Below, one piece after another: positions 1-8,568 of a stretch of DNA of 64,000 nucleotides; positions within the stretch are counted from its first letter, which is position 1, and each line of letters begins with the position of its first letter. Source of the DNA: an uncultured Pelagibacteraceae bacterium (GTDB lineage Bacteria; Pseudomonadota; Alphaproteobacteria; Pelagibacterales; Pelagibacteraceae); assembly GCA_902550635.1 (NCBI GenBank), contig CACCZY010000002.1:10169-74168 (forward strand), read 5' to 3'. A model generated the notes under the pieces. The model was not told the DNA's origin. It saw only the letters and a list, made by a program, of their open reading frames with translations, and ran no database searches. The position numbers were made by a program, and so were the translations under genes.

Positions 1-1134
1 AATAATAGGAATTCCTGAAATACTTTTTCCTAGTGCAATTAGAAGTTTATTGTCATTTTTCTTAAAAGAAGGATCTGATATAATTTCACTTAAATATACA
101 TTTTCTCTTGAAGAATTTGGTAATTCAATACCTATTGTACTACTTCCTGGAATCACAGAAATTCTTGCAGACTCCGAACTTGTATTTCTTGCAATATCTT
201 CAGATAAATTTATTATTTTTGAAACTTTAATACCTGCAGCTGGCTCAAATTCATTCAAAGTTACAACAGGACCATGACTAATTTTTTTTATTTTTCCTTC
301 CACACCAAAATCTAAAAGTATTTTTTCAAGAGCATCTCCATCTATTTTGTTCAAAAAATTATTTTTTTCTTTCTCTTTTTTTGCTGGCTGTTTTAAAAAA
401 TTTAAAGATGGTAATTTAAATTTATTTTTTTTAATTTCTTGATTTTTTGAAGAAAAAGGTAAATTTTCTTGTATCCTCTCTTCTTCAATTTTTTCTTTTT
501 TTTCAAATTCATTTATAACTTCTTCATTAAGAGAGGTATTTTTTTTATTATTTTTATTCAAAAAATTAAAAATAAATTTTATTGAAGATAATGATTTTTT
601 TAAATTGAGTTTAAAACTTAATATAAATAATAAAATAGTTATGATTATTAAAATATAGAAAATAATTTTTTCATTTAAATTTATTATTTTGTTAAATACT
701 AGTTCGTTTAAAAATCTTCCAAGGAATCCACCATTTCCATTAATACTAAGTTTAAATGAATTTTGATAAAAATAATCAAAGAAAATTGATCCAGACAATA
801 ATGATAAAATTAGAAAAAATAAATTTTCAATAATTATTGAAATTTTTTTTATTAAAATAAGATTAAAACCTGTTAAAAAAAAATTTAAAGGTATTAAATA
901 GGCAACTAAACCAAAACTTTGCAATAGAATGTCCGAGGTATAACTTCCTCTGAATCCCATTAAATTTTTAATTTCAAATTTTTTTGAAACTATGAAATTA
1001 GGATCTTCTGGCGAATAAGATATTAAAGTTAAAACAAAAAATATCGAAGTAAATATAAAAAATATACCAATTAACTCTGCTAGTCTTAGAGCCAGAAAAT
1101 TGGCTATTTTATTTGAATAAATATTAATGTTCAT
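1..1134 (-). CDS. ftsK: DNA translocase FtsK, N-terminal part (runs off the window edge; absent from the ORF track)
   Basis: ATG at 1134 (MNINIYSNKIANFLALRLAELIG...), hydrophobic N-terminal helices, then FtsK alpha-domain motifs (GPVVTLNEFEPAAGIKVSKIINLSEDIAR, IPGSSTIGIELPN, LIALGKSISGIPII at the edge). Confidence 0.92.
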   Translation of the reverse strand, partial: MNINIYSNKIANFLALRLAELIGIFFIFTSIFFVLTLISYSPEDPNFIVSKKFEIKNLMGFRGSYTSDILLQSFGLVAYLIPLNFFLTGFNLILIKKISIIIENLFFLILSLLSGSIFFDYFYQNSFKLSINGNGGFLGRFLNELVFNKIINLNEKIIFYILIIITILLFILSFKLNLKKSLSSIKFIFNFLNKNNKKNTSLNEEVINEFEKKEKIEEERIQENLPFSSKNQEIKKNKFKLPSLNFLKQPAKKEKEKNNFLNKIDGDALEKILLDFGVEGKIKKISHGPVVTLNEFEPAAGIKVSKIINLSEDIARNTSSESARISVIPGSSTIGIELPNSSRENVYLSEIISDPSFKKNDNKLLIALGKSISGIPII

Positions 1135-1195
1135 TTAAAAATCAAATTTGTCACTTTGTACCATTTAATAATACCTGTTAAAATATATTTTAATT

Positions 1196-2281
1196 ATGAA
1201 TATTTGCCTAATTGGAAAAAATATAACTAATTTATTATTAGCCAAAAATCTTGATAATAAAGGAATTAATTTTGACTTATATTACTCAAAAACAAATGAT
1301 TTATCTAAAATTAGTACTAGGACTATAGGCATTACTGAAGATAATATTAATTTTTTAGGAAAAAATATAAAGAAAAATTCTTGGTCAATAAAAGATATAA
1401 AAATTTATACAGAAAGTAGCAATAATGAAGAAATAATAAATTTTGACTCAAAAAAAGGTGCACATTTTTCAATAGTTAAATATTCTAATTTATTTCAACT
1501 ACTTGAAAAAGATTTAAAAAAATCGAAAAATTTTAAAAAGTTCTTAGTTACAACAAAAAAATTAAATACAATTATTAAATATAAAAAATATAATTTAATA
1601 ATTAATTCAGATTTTAAAAATCAAATTTCAAAAAAATATTTTTATAGAAAATATTCAAAAGATTATAATTCTATAGCATATACAACAATTATTAATCATA
1701 AAGAGTGCCAAAATAAATCAGCATATCAAATTTTTACAAAGTTTGGTCCTTTAGCTTTTTTACCAATATCAGAAAAAAACACATCTTTAGTTTTTTCTAT
1801 TTATGATAAAAATATTGATATTAATTCTGATAAAGTTGTAAAATTAATTAAATTTTATAATAAAAAATATAATATTAAAAATTTTGATAAAATTGAGAAA
1901 TTTAAATTAAAATTATCTACTTTAAGAAATTATTATTATAAAAATATAGTTTCTTTAGGAGATGGTTTGCATCAAGTACATCCTTTGGCTGGTCAAGGTT
2001 TTAATATGGTTATAAGAGATATAAAAATATTTTCAGAAATAATTGAATCAAAATTAGATTTAGGTTTACCATTGGATTCATCAGCATTAGAAGAATTTGA
2101 AAATAAAGTTAGACATTTAAATTTTACTTTTTCAAAAGGAATAGATTTTGTTTATGAATTTTTTAAAATTGATAATAAATTAAATAATAAAATATCAAAT
2201 CTTTTTTTAAAGCCTTTAAAACATAGTGATAAATTTAAAAATTTTTCTACTAAAATAGCAAATAGAGGATTATTTTTTTAA
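1196..2281 (+). CDS. UbiH/UbiI-family FAD-dependent ubiquinone biosynthesis hydroxylase
   Basis: C-terminal GDGLHQVHPLAGQGFN motif and AYQIFTKFGPLAFLP; N-terminal Rossmann motif is degenerate. Confidence 0.8.
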   Translation: MNICLIGKNITNLLLAKNLDNKGINFDLYYSKTNDLSKISTRTIGITEDNINFLGKNIKKNSWSIKDIKIYTESSNNEEIINFDSKKGAHFSIVKYSNLFQLLEKDLKKSKNFKKFLVTTKKLNTIIKYKKYNLIINSDFKNQISKKYFYRKYSKDYNSIAYTTIINHKECQNKSAYQIFTKFGPLAFLPISEKNTSLVFSIYDKNIDINSDKVVKLIKFYNKKYNIKNFDKIEKFKLKLSTLRNYYYKNIVSLGDGLHQVHPLAGQGFNMVIRDIKIFSEIIESKLDLGLPLDSSALEEFENKVRHLNFTFSKGIDFVYEFFKIDNKLNNKISNLFLKPLKHSDKFKNFSTKIANRGLFF

Positions 2282-2923
2282 TTATTGAATTGTTTTATTA
2301 TTAAAATTATCCATTAAATAAGTGTTAGAAATTTCTTCTAGTTTTTTTTTTCTTGATTTTATGTCAACTGTTTCTAAAAGGATTTGCTTTTCCTCCATTG
2401 TAAACGGAGAAGCCATCGATAAAGTATTTATTGTTAAATCTAAACTTTGCTTTTCTAGTTCTTTCCAATCAATTAAATAGCCTTGTTTTTTAAATATGGA
2501 TTTAATATTTTTAAAAATTAGTTCAAGATCAGAAAATTTTAAATCTTCTTTTTTATCAATTAAATCTTTTGAATAATTTTTATAATTTACAGTACATTCC
2601 CTATAAAGTTTTTTGGTATTTTCTTCTTTTAAAATTTCAAATCTGGAAATACCATTTAATACAATAAGATATCTTCCATCTTTTGTCTCATTAAAGCTAG
2701 TTATTTTACCCAAACATCCAACATCATATAATGAGCTTGTTAAATCAGAACTTTTTTTTGGTTGTATCATTCCAATCATTCGATCATTTTTCATACTGTC
2801 GTCTATCATTTGGATATATCTAGGTTCAAATATATTTAATGGCACAGTAGTTTCTGGAAAAATAATAAAATTAGATAAAGGAAAAATTGGAATTTTTTCT
2901 GGTAGTTTGTTAATTTTCTTCAT
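2282..2923 (-). CDS. LON peptidase substrate-binding (N-terminal) domain protein
   Basis: IPIFPL...PLNIFEPRYIQMI, VGCLGKI, DGRYLIVLNGISRF; start placed at the second Met (MKKINKLPEK), ORF track extends to 2938. Confidence 0.88.
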   Translation of the reverse strand: MKKINKLPEKIPIFPLSNFIIFPETTVPLNIFEPRYIQMIDDSMKNDRMIGMIQPKKSSDLTSSLYDVGCLGKITSFNETKDGRYLIVLNGISRFEILKEENTKKLYRECTVNYKNYSKDLIDKKEDLKFSDLELIFKNIKSIFKKQGYLIDWKELEKQSLDLTINTLSMASPFTMEEKQILLETVDIKSRKKKLEEISNTYLMDNFNNKTIQ

Positions 2924-2961
2924 TATTAATTGTAGCAAAATTTATAAAAATTTCTAGATTA

Positions 2962-3741
2962 CTAATATTTAAATTTAACCAACCAATCTTTGAAAGTATC
3001 ATTTAATATTTTTTTTTCATTAGTAGAAAATTTTGTTGTCCATTCACTAGATTTGTTTTGAGAAATATGTCCAGTTTGAAATCCAGTATTTGTGTCAAAT
3101 GCTCGCATTTCTTTATTAATACTAAGTTTTTCTGATACAAAAACTATATCTTTTTCATCTATTTTTGATTTTTTTGAAATTTTTTCATTAAGTTCTTTAT
3201 TTTTATTTTCTATAATTTTAATTACATTTGTTCGAGAAAATTTTTTTGAAATTTTAATTGCTTGATCATGGGTAATACTAACATCTAAAAATTTTGAAAT
3301 AGCTAAAATTATTTCAGTAGATTTTTTTTCAATGTCTTCATACTTTAATAGAATTAAATAATTATTTTTAAAATATTGATATGTGTTAGTAAAGTTTATT
3401 AAAGATTTTGCAACTTTAAAAGATCGTTCAAAATCAGTTTTCATAAATTTTTTATATGATAAACATAAATCTCTTGGATCTCTTATAGAAGTTATAATTT
3501 TTGAACGAATTAAATCAGGTTTTAAAATACTGTGTGTTTTTAAAACAAATTTTATATTTTCATTATTTTCATTGATTGCTTTGTCATGGTAAATTTTGAA
3601 CATTTCAGTATCTTTTTGTGGAACTATAGACGGTTCAACAGTAAATCCTAAAATTCTATATATTTCTCTTGTAACATTAAATATCCAGGTAGATCCAGTT
3701 CTTGGAGTTGTAGATATCCAAATTGTATTAATATTTTTCAT
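2962..3741 (-). CDS. PAPS-dependent sulfotransferase-family protein
   Basis: 5'-PSB loop STTPRTGSTW, LKTH, 3'-PB motif IRDPRD, LKYEDI. Confidence 0.75.
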   Translation of the reverse strand: MKNINTIWISTTPRTGSTWIFNVTREIYRILGFTVEPSIVPQKDTEMFKIYHDKAINENNENIKFVLKTHSILKPDLIRSKIITSIRDPRDLCLSYKKFMKTDFERSFKVAKSLINFTNTYQYFKNNYLILLKYEDIEKKSTEIILAISKFLDVSITHDQAIKISKKFSRTNVIKIIENKNKELNEKISKKSKIDEKDIVFVSEKLSINKEMRAFDTNTGFQTGHISQNKSSEWTTKFSTNEKKILNDTFKDWLVKFKY

Positions 3742-3815
3742 TTAATATAAATATTATTAATACTTTTTTAATAAATAAGAAGAGTTCAATATAATAAATA
3801 AATTTTTATTATTGC

Positions 3816-3843
3816 TTGCAATACAAAAAGCTCTATCTATAAT
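3816..3843 (+). promoter_or_regulatory. sigma70-type promoter for tRNA-Gly
   Basis: TTGCAA(3816-3821)-N16-TATAAT(3838-3843), 13 nt upstream of the tRNA 5' end. Confidence 0.6.
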
Positions 3844-3856
3844 CATTTTTTGATAA

Positions 3857-3931
3857 GCGGGCATAGCTCAGTGGTAGAGCGTCTCGTTGCCAACGAGAAG
3901 GTCGTGGGTTCGAATCTCATTGCCCGCTCCA
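3857..3931 (+). tRNA. tRNA-Gly (GCC)
   Basis: GCGGGCA/TGCCCGC acceptor stem, D-arm TAGCTCAGTGGTAGAGC, anticodon arm TCTCG-TTGCCAA-CGAGA, T-loop GTTCGAAT, encoded CCA. Confidence 0.98.
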
Positions 3932-3950
3932 AAGTATTTATTTTGAAAAT

Positions 3951-4289
3951 ATGAATGATTTAGCAAATAAAAAATGTATTCCATGCGAAGGTGGAATTGC
4001 AAATTTTGATATTACAGAAATTCATAAATATTTAAAGATGGTTGATGGCTGGAAAGTAGAAAAGGATGAATCAGATATTTATTATTTAATAAAAGAATTT
4101 AAATTTAAAAATTTTATAGAAAGTCAAAATTTTATTAACAAAGTAGGAGATATTGCTGAAAAAGAAGGTCATCATCCAGACATATGGTTTGGTTGGGGAT
4201 ATGCCAAAATAAAGATTTTCACTCATGCGATTAAAGGTCTACATGAAAGTGATTTCATTTTAGCTGCCAAGTTAGATAAAATATTTTAA
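3951..4289 (+). CDS. phhB: pterin-4-alpha-carbinolamine dehydratase
   Basis: CIPCEGG N-terminus, AEKEGHHPDI, THAIKGLHESDFILAAKLD. Confidence 0.92.
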   Translation: MNDLANKKCIPCEGGIANFDITEIHKYLKMVDGWKVEKDESDIYYLIKEFKFKNFIESQNFINKVGDIAEKEGHHPDIWFGWGYAKIKIFTHAIKGLHESDFILAAKLDKIF

Positions 4290-5827
4290 TGATTAAAATG
4301 TCTAGTTTTTGAAAATACTAATATCGTACCTGTTTGATCTGCAAATTTTATTATTTCTTTGTCATTAATTGATCCTGAAGGCTGAATTACTGCACAAACT
4401 CCAGATTGAATTAAACTTTCTAAACCATCTACGAAAGGAAAAAAAGCATCCGAAGCTGCAACAATTTCATTACTATTATTAATTTCTTGAAATTTTTTCA
4501 TTTTATCAATTGCAATTTTACAACTATCTAATCTACTTGGTTGGCCAGAACCAATACCAACTGTTGTTTCATCCTTTACCAAAACAACTGCATTTGATTT
4601 TACGTATTTTGAGATATTAAATGCAAAAATAAGATTTTTTAATATTTTTCTACTTGGTTTAACTTTAGATACTACCTTAAAGTTTTTTTTGTTAAAAACT
4701 TTTGTATCTGGCGTCTGAATTAAAAAAGTATCAAAATTTGATTTAATATTTATAATATTTTCTTTATTAAGATTATTAGCATTTATTATTCTTAAATTTT
4801 TTTTATTTTTCAATACTTTTAAAGCTTTCTTTTCAAAACCATTAGCAACAACTACTTCTAAAAACATTTTATTTATTTCTTTAGCAAGACTTTCATTTAT
4901 TTTAAAATTAAATGAAACTACCCCTCCAAAAGCACTTATAGGGTCACATGAAAGAGCTAAACGGTAACTTTTAATTTTATTATTATTAATGGAAATACCA
5001 CATGGATTTGTATGTTTGACAATTACAGTACCTTTTCCTTTTGGGAGTGACTTTGAAATTAATAGTGCAGAAAATATATCGTTATAGTTGTTATAACTTA
5101 ATTTTTTTCCACCAATTTGATTTAAACTTAATTTTTTTTTAATTGAATAAATGGCTGCTTCTTGATGTGGATTTTCACCATATCTTAATTTGTCTACTAA
5201 ATTTCCGAAGATTAATTTTTTTTTCGGAAACTCATTGCAAGTTACTTTTGTAAAATAGTTTGCAATAACAGAGTCATAAAATGCTGTTTCTCCAAACGCA
5301 TTTTCAGACATTTCTTGTCTAAATCTCAATGAAGTTTTTCCATTAAATTTGTTTAACTCATTAATTAAATTATCATATTGTTGAGGGTTTGTTATTACTG
5401 TAACATCATTATAGTTTTTTGCTGCTGCCCGAACCATTGTTGGTCCACCAATGTCAATATTTTCAATAATTTTTTCATGATTTTTTGAAGTTTCTAAATT
5501 TTTTTCAAAAGGATAAAAATTAACTATAACAAGGTCAATTTCATTAAAATTATTTTTTCTTAAATCTTTAATATGAGATTTATCTTTTCTTTTGCTCAAT
5601 ATACCGGCATGCACCTTAGGATGCAGAGTTTTGACTCTTCCATTTAGTATTTCAGCTGTATTGGTATAATTAGATATTTTTTCACAATTAAACCCCAACC
5701 TTGTAATTTCTTTATAAGTTCCTCCTGAACTTATTAATTTAATTTTAAATTTTTTTAAATTTCGTAAAATTTTTTTTAAATTACTTTTATCTGATACTGA
5801 AATTATAGCTCTTTTTATTTTTTTCAT
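4286..5827 (-). CDS. purH: bifunctional AICAR transformylase/IMP cyclohydrolase
   Basis: RAIISVSDK, GRVKTLHP, IDIGGPTMVRAAAKN, LRYGENPHQ, ASDAFFPF, RHFNH. Confidence 0.97.
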   Translation of the reverse strand: MKKIKRAIISVSDKSNLKKILRNLKKFKIKLISSGGTYKEITRLGFNCEKISNYTNTAEILNGRVKTLHPKVHAGILSKRKDKSHIKDLRKNNFNEIDLVIVNFYPFEKNLETSKNHEKIIENIDIGGPTMVRAAAKNYNDVTVITNPQQYDNLINELNKFNGKTSLRFRQEMSENAFGETAFYDSVIANYFTKVTCNEFPKKKLIFGNLVDKLRYGENPHQEAAIYSIKKKLSLNQIGGKKLSYNNYNDIFSALLISKSLPKGKGTVIVKHTNPCGISINNNKIKSYRLALSCDPISAFGGVVSFNFKINESLAKEINKMFLEVVVANGFEKKALKVLKNKKNLRIINANNLNKENIINIKSNFDTFLIQTPDTKVFNKKNFKVVSKVKPSRKILKNLIFAFNISKYVKSNAVVLVKDETTVGIGSGQPSRLDSCKIAIDKMKKFQEINNSNEIVAASDAFFPFVDGLESLIQSGVCAVIQPSGSINDKEIIKFADQTGTILVFSKTRHFNH

Positions 5828-7455
5828 TATATTTTTTCAATTATCCAACTTATAACTTGATCATCTTTTTGAGTAGTTCCTGAAATGAATATATTTTGAT
5901 TTTCAACAAAAGAATTTTTATTACCAAAATACAATCCACTTTCAACATCAATTAAATGATTATTAGCTGAAAATTTCCAACCTGAGTTCTCCAATTCAAT
6001 TAGTATAACATTACCGTCCTGAGTTTTAGTAACTTTTGATTTTGGCAATAAATGGAAGCGGATTTCGAAATTGGTTGATTTAAAGTTTTTTTTCTTAATT
6101 AATTTATCAAAACCAATTAATTTATTATTATTTGGATTAAATTCTATTTTACGCTCATGAATGGTACCATATCTTTTTTGATATCCGTCATGGGACGCAG
6201 TTAAGCTTAATACATTTTTTTCATTAATTATTTTTTTATTTAATATTTTAAAATTTTTTTGTATTTTTGAGCAACCATTTATCTCCTTTTTAAATTTAGT
6301 TATTGAAGTATTATCTAATATTAATGTTGAGTGAGTGGCTGTCGATCTTGAAATATTGTTTAAACGATGTTTATAGTTTTGAAAGTAACCAGAATTACAT
6401 ATTACTTTTTCTTTTGCACAACTTAATTCAAAAGATAAAGTACCCGATTGATAATTGTTAGAAAACTTTTTATCTGGATTTGAACCAATATCCATAGCAA
6501 TTAAAACATTTTTATTTTTTAATATTGCATATCCACCAATTTCATTTGTCTCACTTTTAAATTTATATCCATGAAATTGAAGATATTTATCAAAGTCTGA
6601 ATAATCAGCATTATGATTACCATTAAACAATAGAGATAATTTAGTATTTTGCCATAATAAATTATATCCTTTACCTAAGTAGAATATAATTTCATTAATA
6701 TATTCAGGAATTGAATTTTGGGATTCTTTTAAAAGTTCTCTTATTAAAACAAAATATTTTAAATAAAATATTAATTGTCTTAAACTTCTAGATTTTGGAA
6801 AGTTTTCATTGTTGAAAGAATATTTTTTTATTTCTTTAAGCAAATTTAATCCATAAGCAATATATTTTTCATCTTTAAAGCAGAGTCCAGATAAAATTAT
6901 TGCAGTACAACCTATCATTTTATCATCAACATGATCTGATCTATTGATTTCATAAATTAAATGATTGATTTGTTTTTGTATTATAGAGATAAATTGATAT
7001 TTATAATTTGCATCACCATCTTCGTAAGTTAATTTTGAATTTGAGATCCAAGAAATTACTCTTTTTGATAATATATCAATTTCCCAATTCTTATTATTAT
7101 AATTTTCATTTTTGTCTATCCAATTTTTAATAATAGATTGAGTGATACTTTTTGAAGATTTTAAATCAATTGTAAATAACCAAAAAAAATTATGCAATTT
7201 TTTGTAGTCAGATTCTTTAAGATTATCTTTTTCCCAAATTGAGTTTAAATGAAAATCTTCTATGTTTTTTCTTTTTTTGTCATACTTAATTAAACAAGAA
7301 AGAATACTCAAGCTTGGTTTATACTCTAGTGATTTGTTATTTATTTTTGATATTTTTTTATTATAAAAAGATGACTTTAAATATAACTTTCTTACACTTC
7401 TTATAATATAAAAAAAAAATTCATTAATAAAATTAAAAGAATTTTTCAAAACCAT
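5827..7455 (-). CDS. heparinase II/III-like protein
   Basis: LHNFFWL, LSFELS, ICNSG, SRSTATHSTL, ASHDGY...HER, FEIRFHL; usual position upstream of purH in Alphaproteobacteria. Confidence 0.8.
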   Translation of the reverse strand: MVLKNSFNFINEFFFYIIRSVRKLYLKSSFYNKKISKINNKSLEYKPSLSILSCLIKYDKKRKNIEDFHLNSIWEKDNLKESDYKKLHNFFWLFTIDLKSSKSITQSIIKNWIDKNENYNNKNWEIDILSKRVISWISNSKLTYEDGDANYKYQFISIIQKQINHLIYEINRSDHVDDKMIGCTAIILSGLCFKDEKYIAYGLNLLKEIKKYSFNNENFPKSRSLRQLIFYLKYFVLIRELLKESQNSIPEYINEIIFYLGKGYNLLWQNTKLSLLFNGNHNADYSDFDKYLQFHGYKFKSETNEIGGYAILKNKNVLIAMDIGSNPDKKFSNNYQSGTLSFELSCAKEKVICNSGYFQNYKHRLNNISRSTATHSTLILDNTSITKFKKEINGCSKIQKNFKILNKKIINEKNVLSLTASHDGYQKRYGTIHERKIEFNPNNNKLIGFDKLIKKKNFKSTNFEIRFHLLPKSKVTKTQDGNVILIELENSGWKFSANNHLIDVESGLYFGNKNSFVENQNIFISGTTQKDDQVISWIIEKI

Positions 7456-7458
7456 TTA

Positions 7459-8118
7459 TTAAGCTGTTCTTAGAGTTTTAATATTTTTTTCAATATCTCC
7501 ATTATTTTCTTTAAAAATTGTTGTTCCCGAAACAAGTATACTTGCTCCAGCATCTAAAACTTTTTTAGCATTTGAAAAGTTAATTCCACCATCAACTTCA
7601 ATATCAAAATTTAAATTTTTATCTTTTTTAATATTATCCAAATCTTTTATTTTTTTAATGATTTCTGGCATAAATTTTTGTCCACCAAAGCCAGGATAAA
7701 CACTCATAATTAAAATTAAATCTATTTTGTCTAAATAATCTAAAACTAAATTTAACTCAGTATTTGGATTTAAAGACACACCTACTTTTTTTTTAAAACT
7801 TTTTATATGGTTAATTGATTCACTTAAATTTTCAGTTGCTTCTGGATGAATTGTAATTATATCTGCTCCAGCATCAGCATAATCTTTGATGTATTTATGA
7901 ACAGGATCTATCATCAAATGAACATCAAATGGAAGTTTAGTTATTTCTCTTAAATTTTTTATAACAGGAGGACCTATTGTTAGATTTGGAACAAAATGAC
8001 CATCCATAACATCTACGTGTATCATGTCAGCACCCCCTTGCTCTAGTCTTTTAATCTCATTACCTAATTCACTAAAATTAGCAGAAAGTATTGAAGGTGA
8101 TATTTTTATTTTTTTCAT
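7459..8118 (-). CDS. rpe: ribulose-phosphate 3-epimerase
   Basis: ISPSILSA, HVDVMDGHFVPN, DVHLMI, MSVYPGFGGQ, EVDGGI. Confidence 0.97.
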   Translation of the reverse strand: MKKIKISPSILSANFSELGNEIKRLEQGGADMIHVDVMDGHFVPNLTIGPPVIKNLREITKLPFDVHLMIDPVHKYIKDYADAGADIITIHPEATENLSESINHIKSFKKKVGVSLNPNTELNLVLDYLDKIDLILIMSVYPGFGGQKFMPEIIKKIKDLDNIKKDKNLNFDIEVDGGINFSNAKKVLDAGASILVSGTTIFKENNGDIEKNIKTLRTA

Positions 8119-8161
8119 TGATTACTATTTTAGTAGTATCAATTTTGCTTTTTAATTTGAA

Positions 8162-8512
8162 TTAATTTTTACCAAAAATTTGGTAAATTTGTATCGCAAT
8201 TTCGCTTTCTAGAGGAAATGAGAGCATTCCCATCACAGAATATCCCAATAGATAGGGCATAAGATAGAATCTGAACATATAAAAAAACCAAGCTACATAA
8301 AGTGGAATTAAAGGTCTTATTATAAATGAAGGTGTTATGGGCTTGAATAAATTTATTAGCGGATCAGTGAGTTTTACAAAAACTTTCATGAAAAAAAATT
8401 CAGAGTCTTCTCTTTGAAAAATATTCATTGCAACTCTTCCAATTAATGTCCACATTATCATGCCCATTACATAATCAATTAAATAAATTAATGGATGAAA
8501 ATTTGAGGACAT
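8162..8512 (-). CDS. small membrane protein, YggT-like, downstream of the solute symporter
   Basis: two to three hydrophobic segments and a KLTDPLI motif resembling YggT; same strand as actP. Confidence 0.6.
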   Translation of the reverse strand: MSSNFHPLIYLIDYVMGMIMWTLIGRVAMNIFQREDSEFFFMKVFVKLTDPLINLFKPITPSFIIRPLIPLYVAWFFYMFRFYLMPYLLGYSVMGMLSFPLESEIAIQIYQIFGKN

Positions 8513-8526
8513 TAAAAATCTTTAAA

Positions 8527-8556
8527 TTAAAAGGGGCGATAAAAATCGCCCCTTTA
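8527..8556 (-). terminator. intrinsic terminator after actP
   Basis: AAAGGGGCGAT-AAAA-ATCGCCCCTTT perfect 11-bp hairpin, T-rich tail on the minus strand. Confidence 0.8.
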
Positions 8557-8568
8557 AAATGAAATTAT

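Noticed and set aside
50-277. 75-aa plus-strand ORF at the window start
   Set aside because: Antisense to the ftsK frame, which carries clear FtsK motifs.
3857-3950. tRNA-Gly as a prophage or island attachment site
   Set aside because: No integrase and no duplicated tRNA 3' end seen in the window; downstream genes (phhB, purH) are core.
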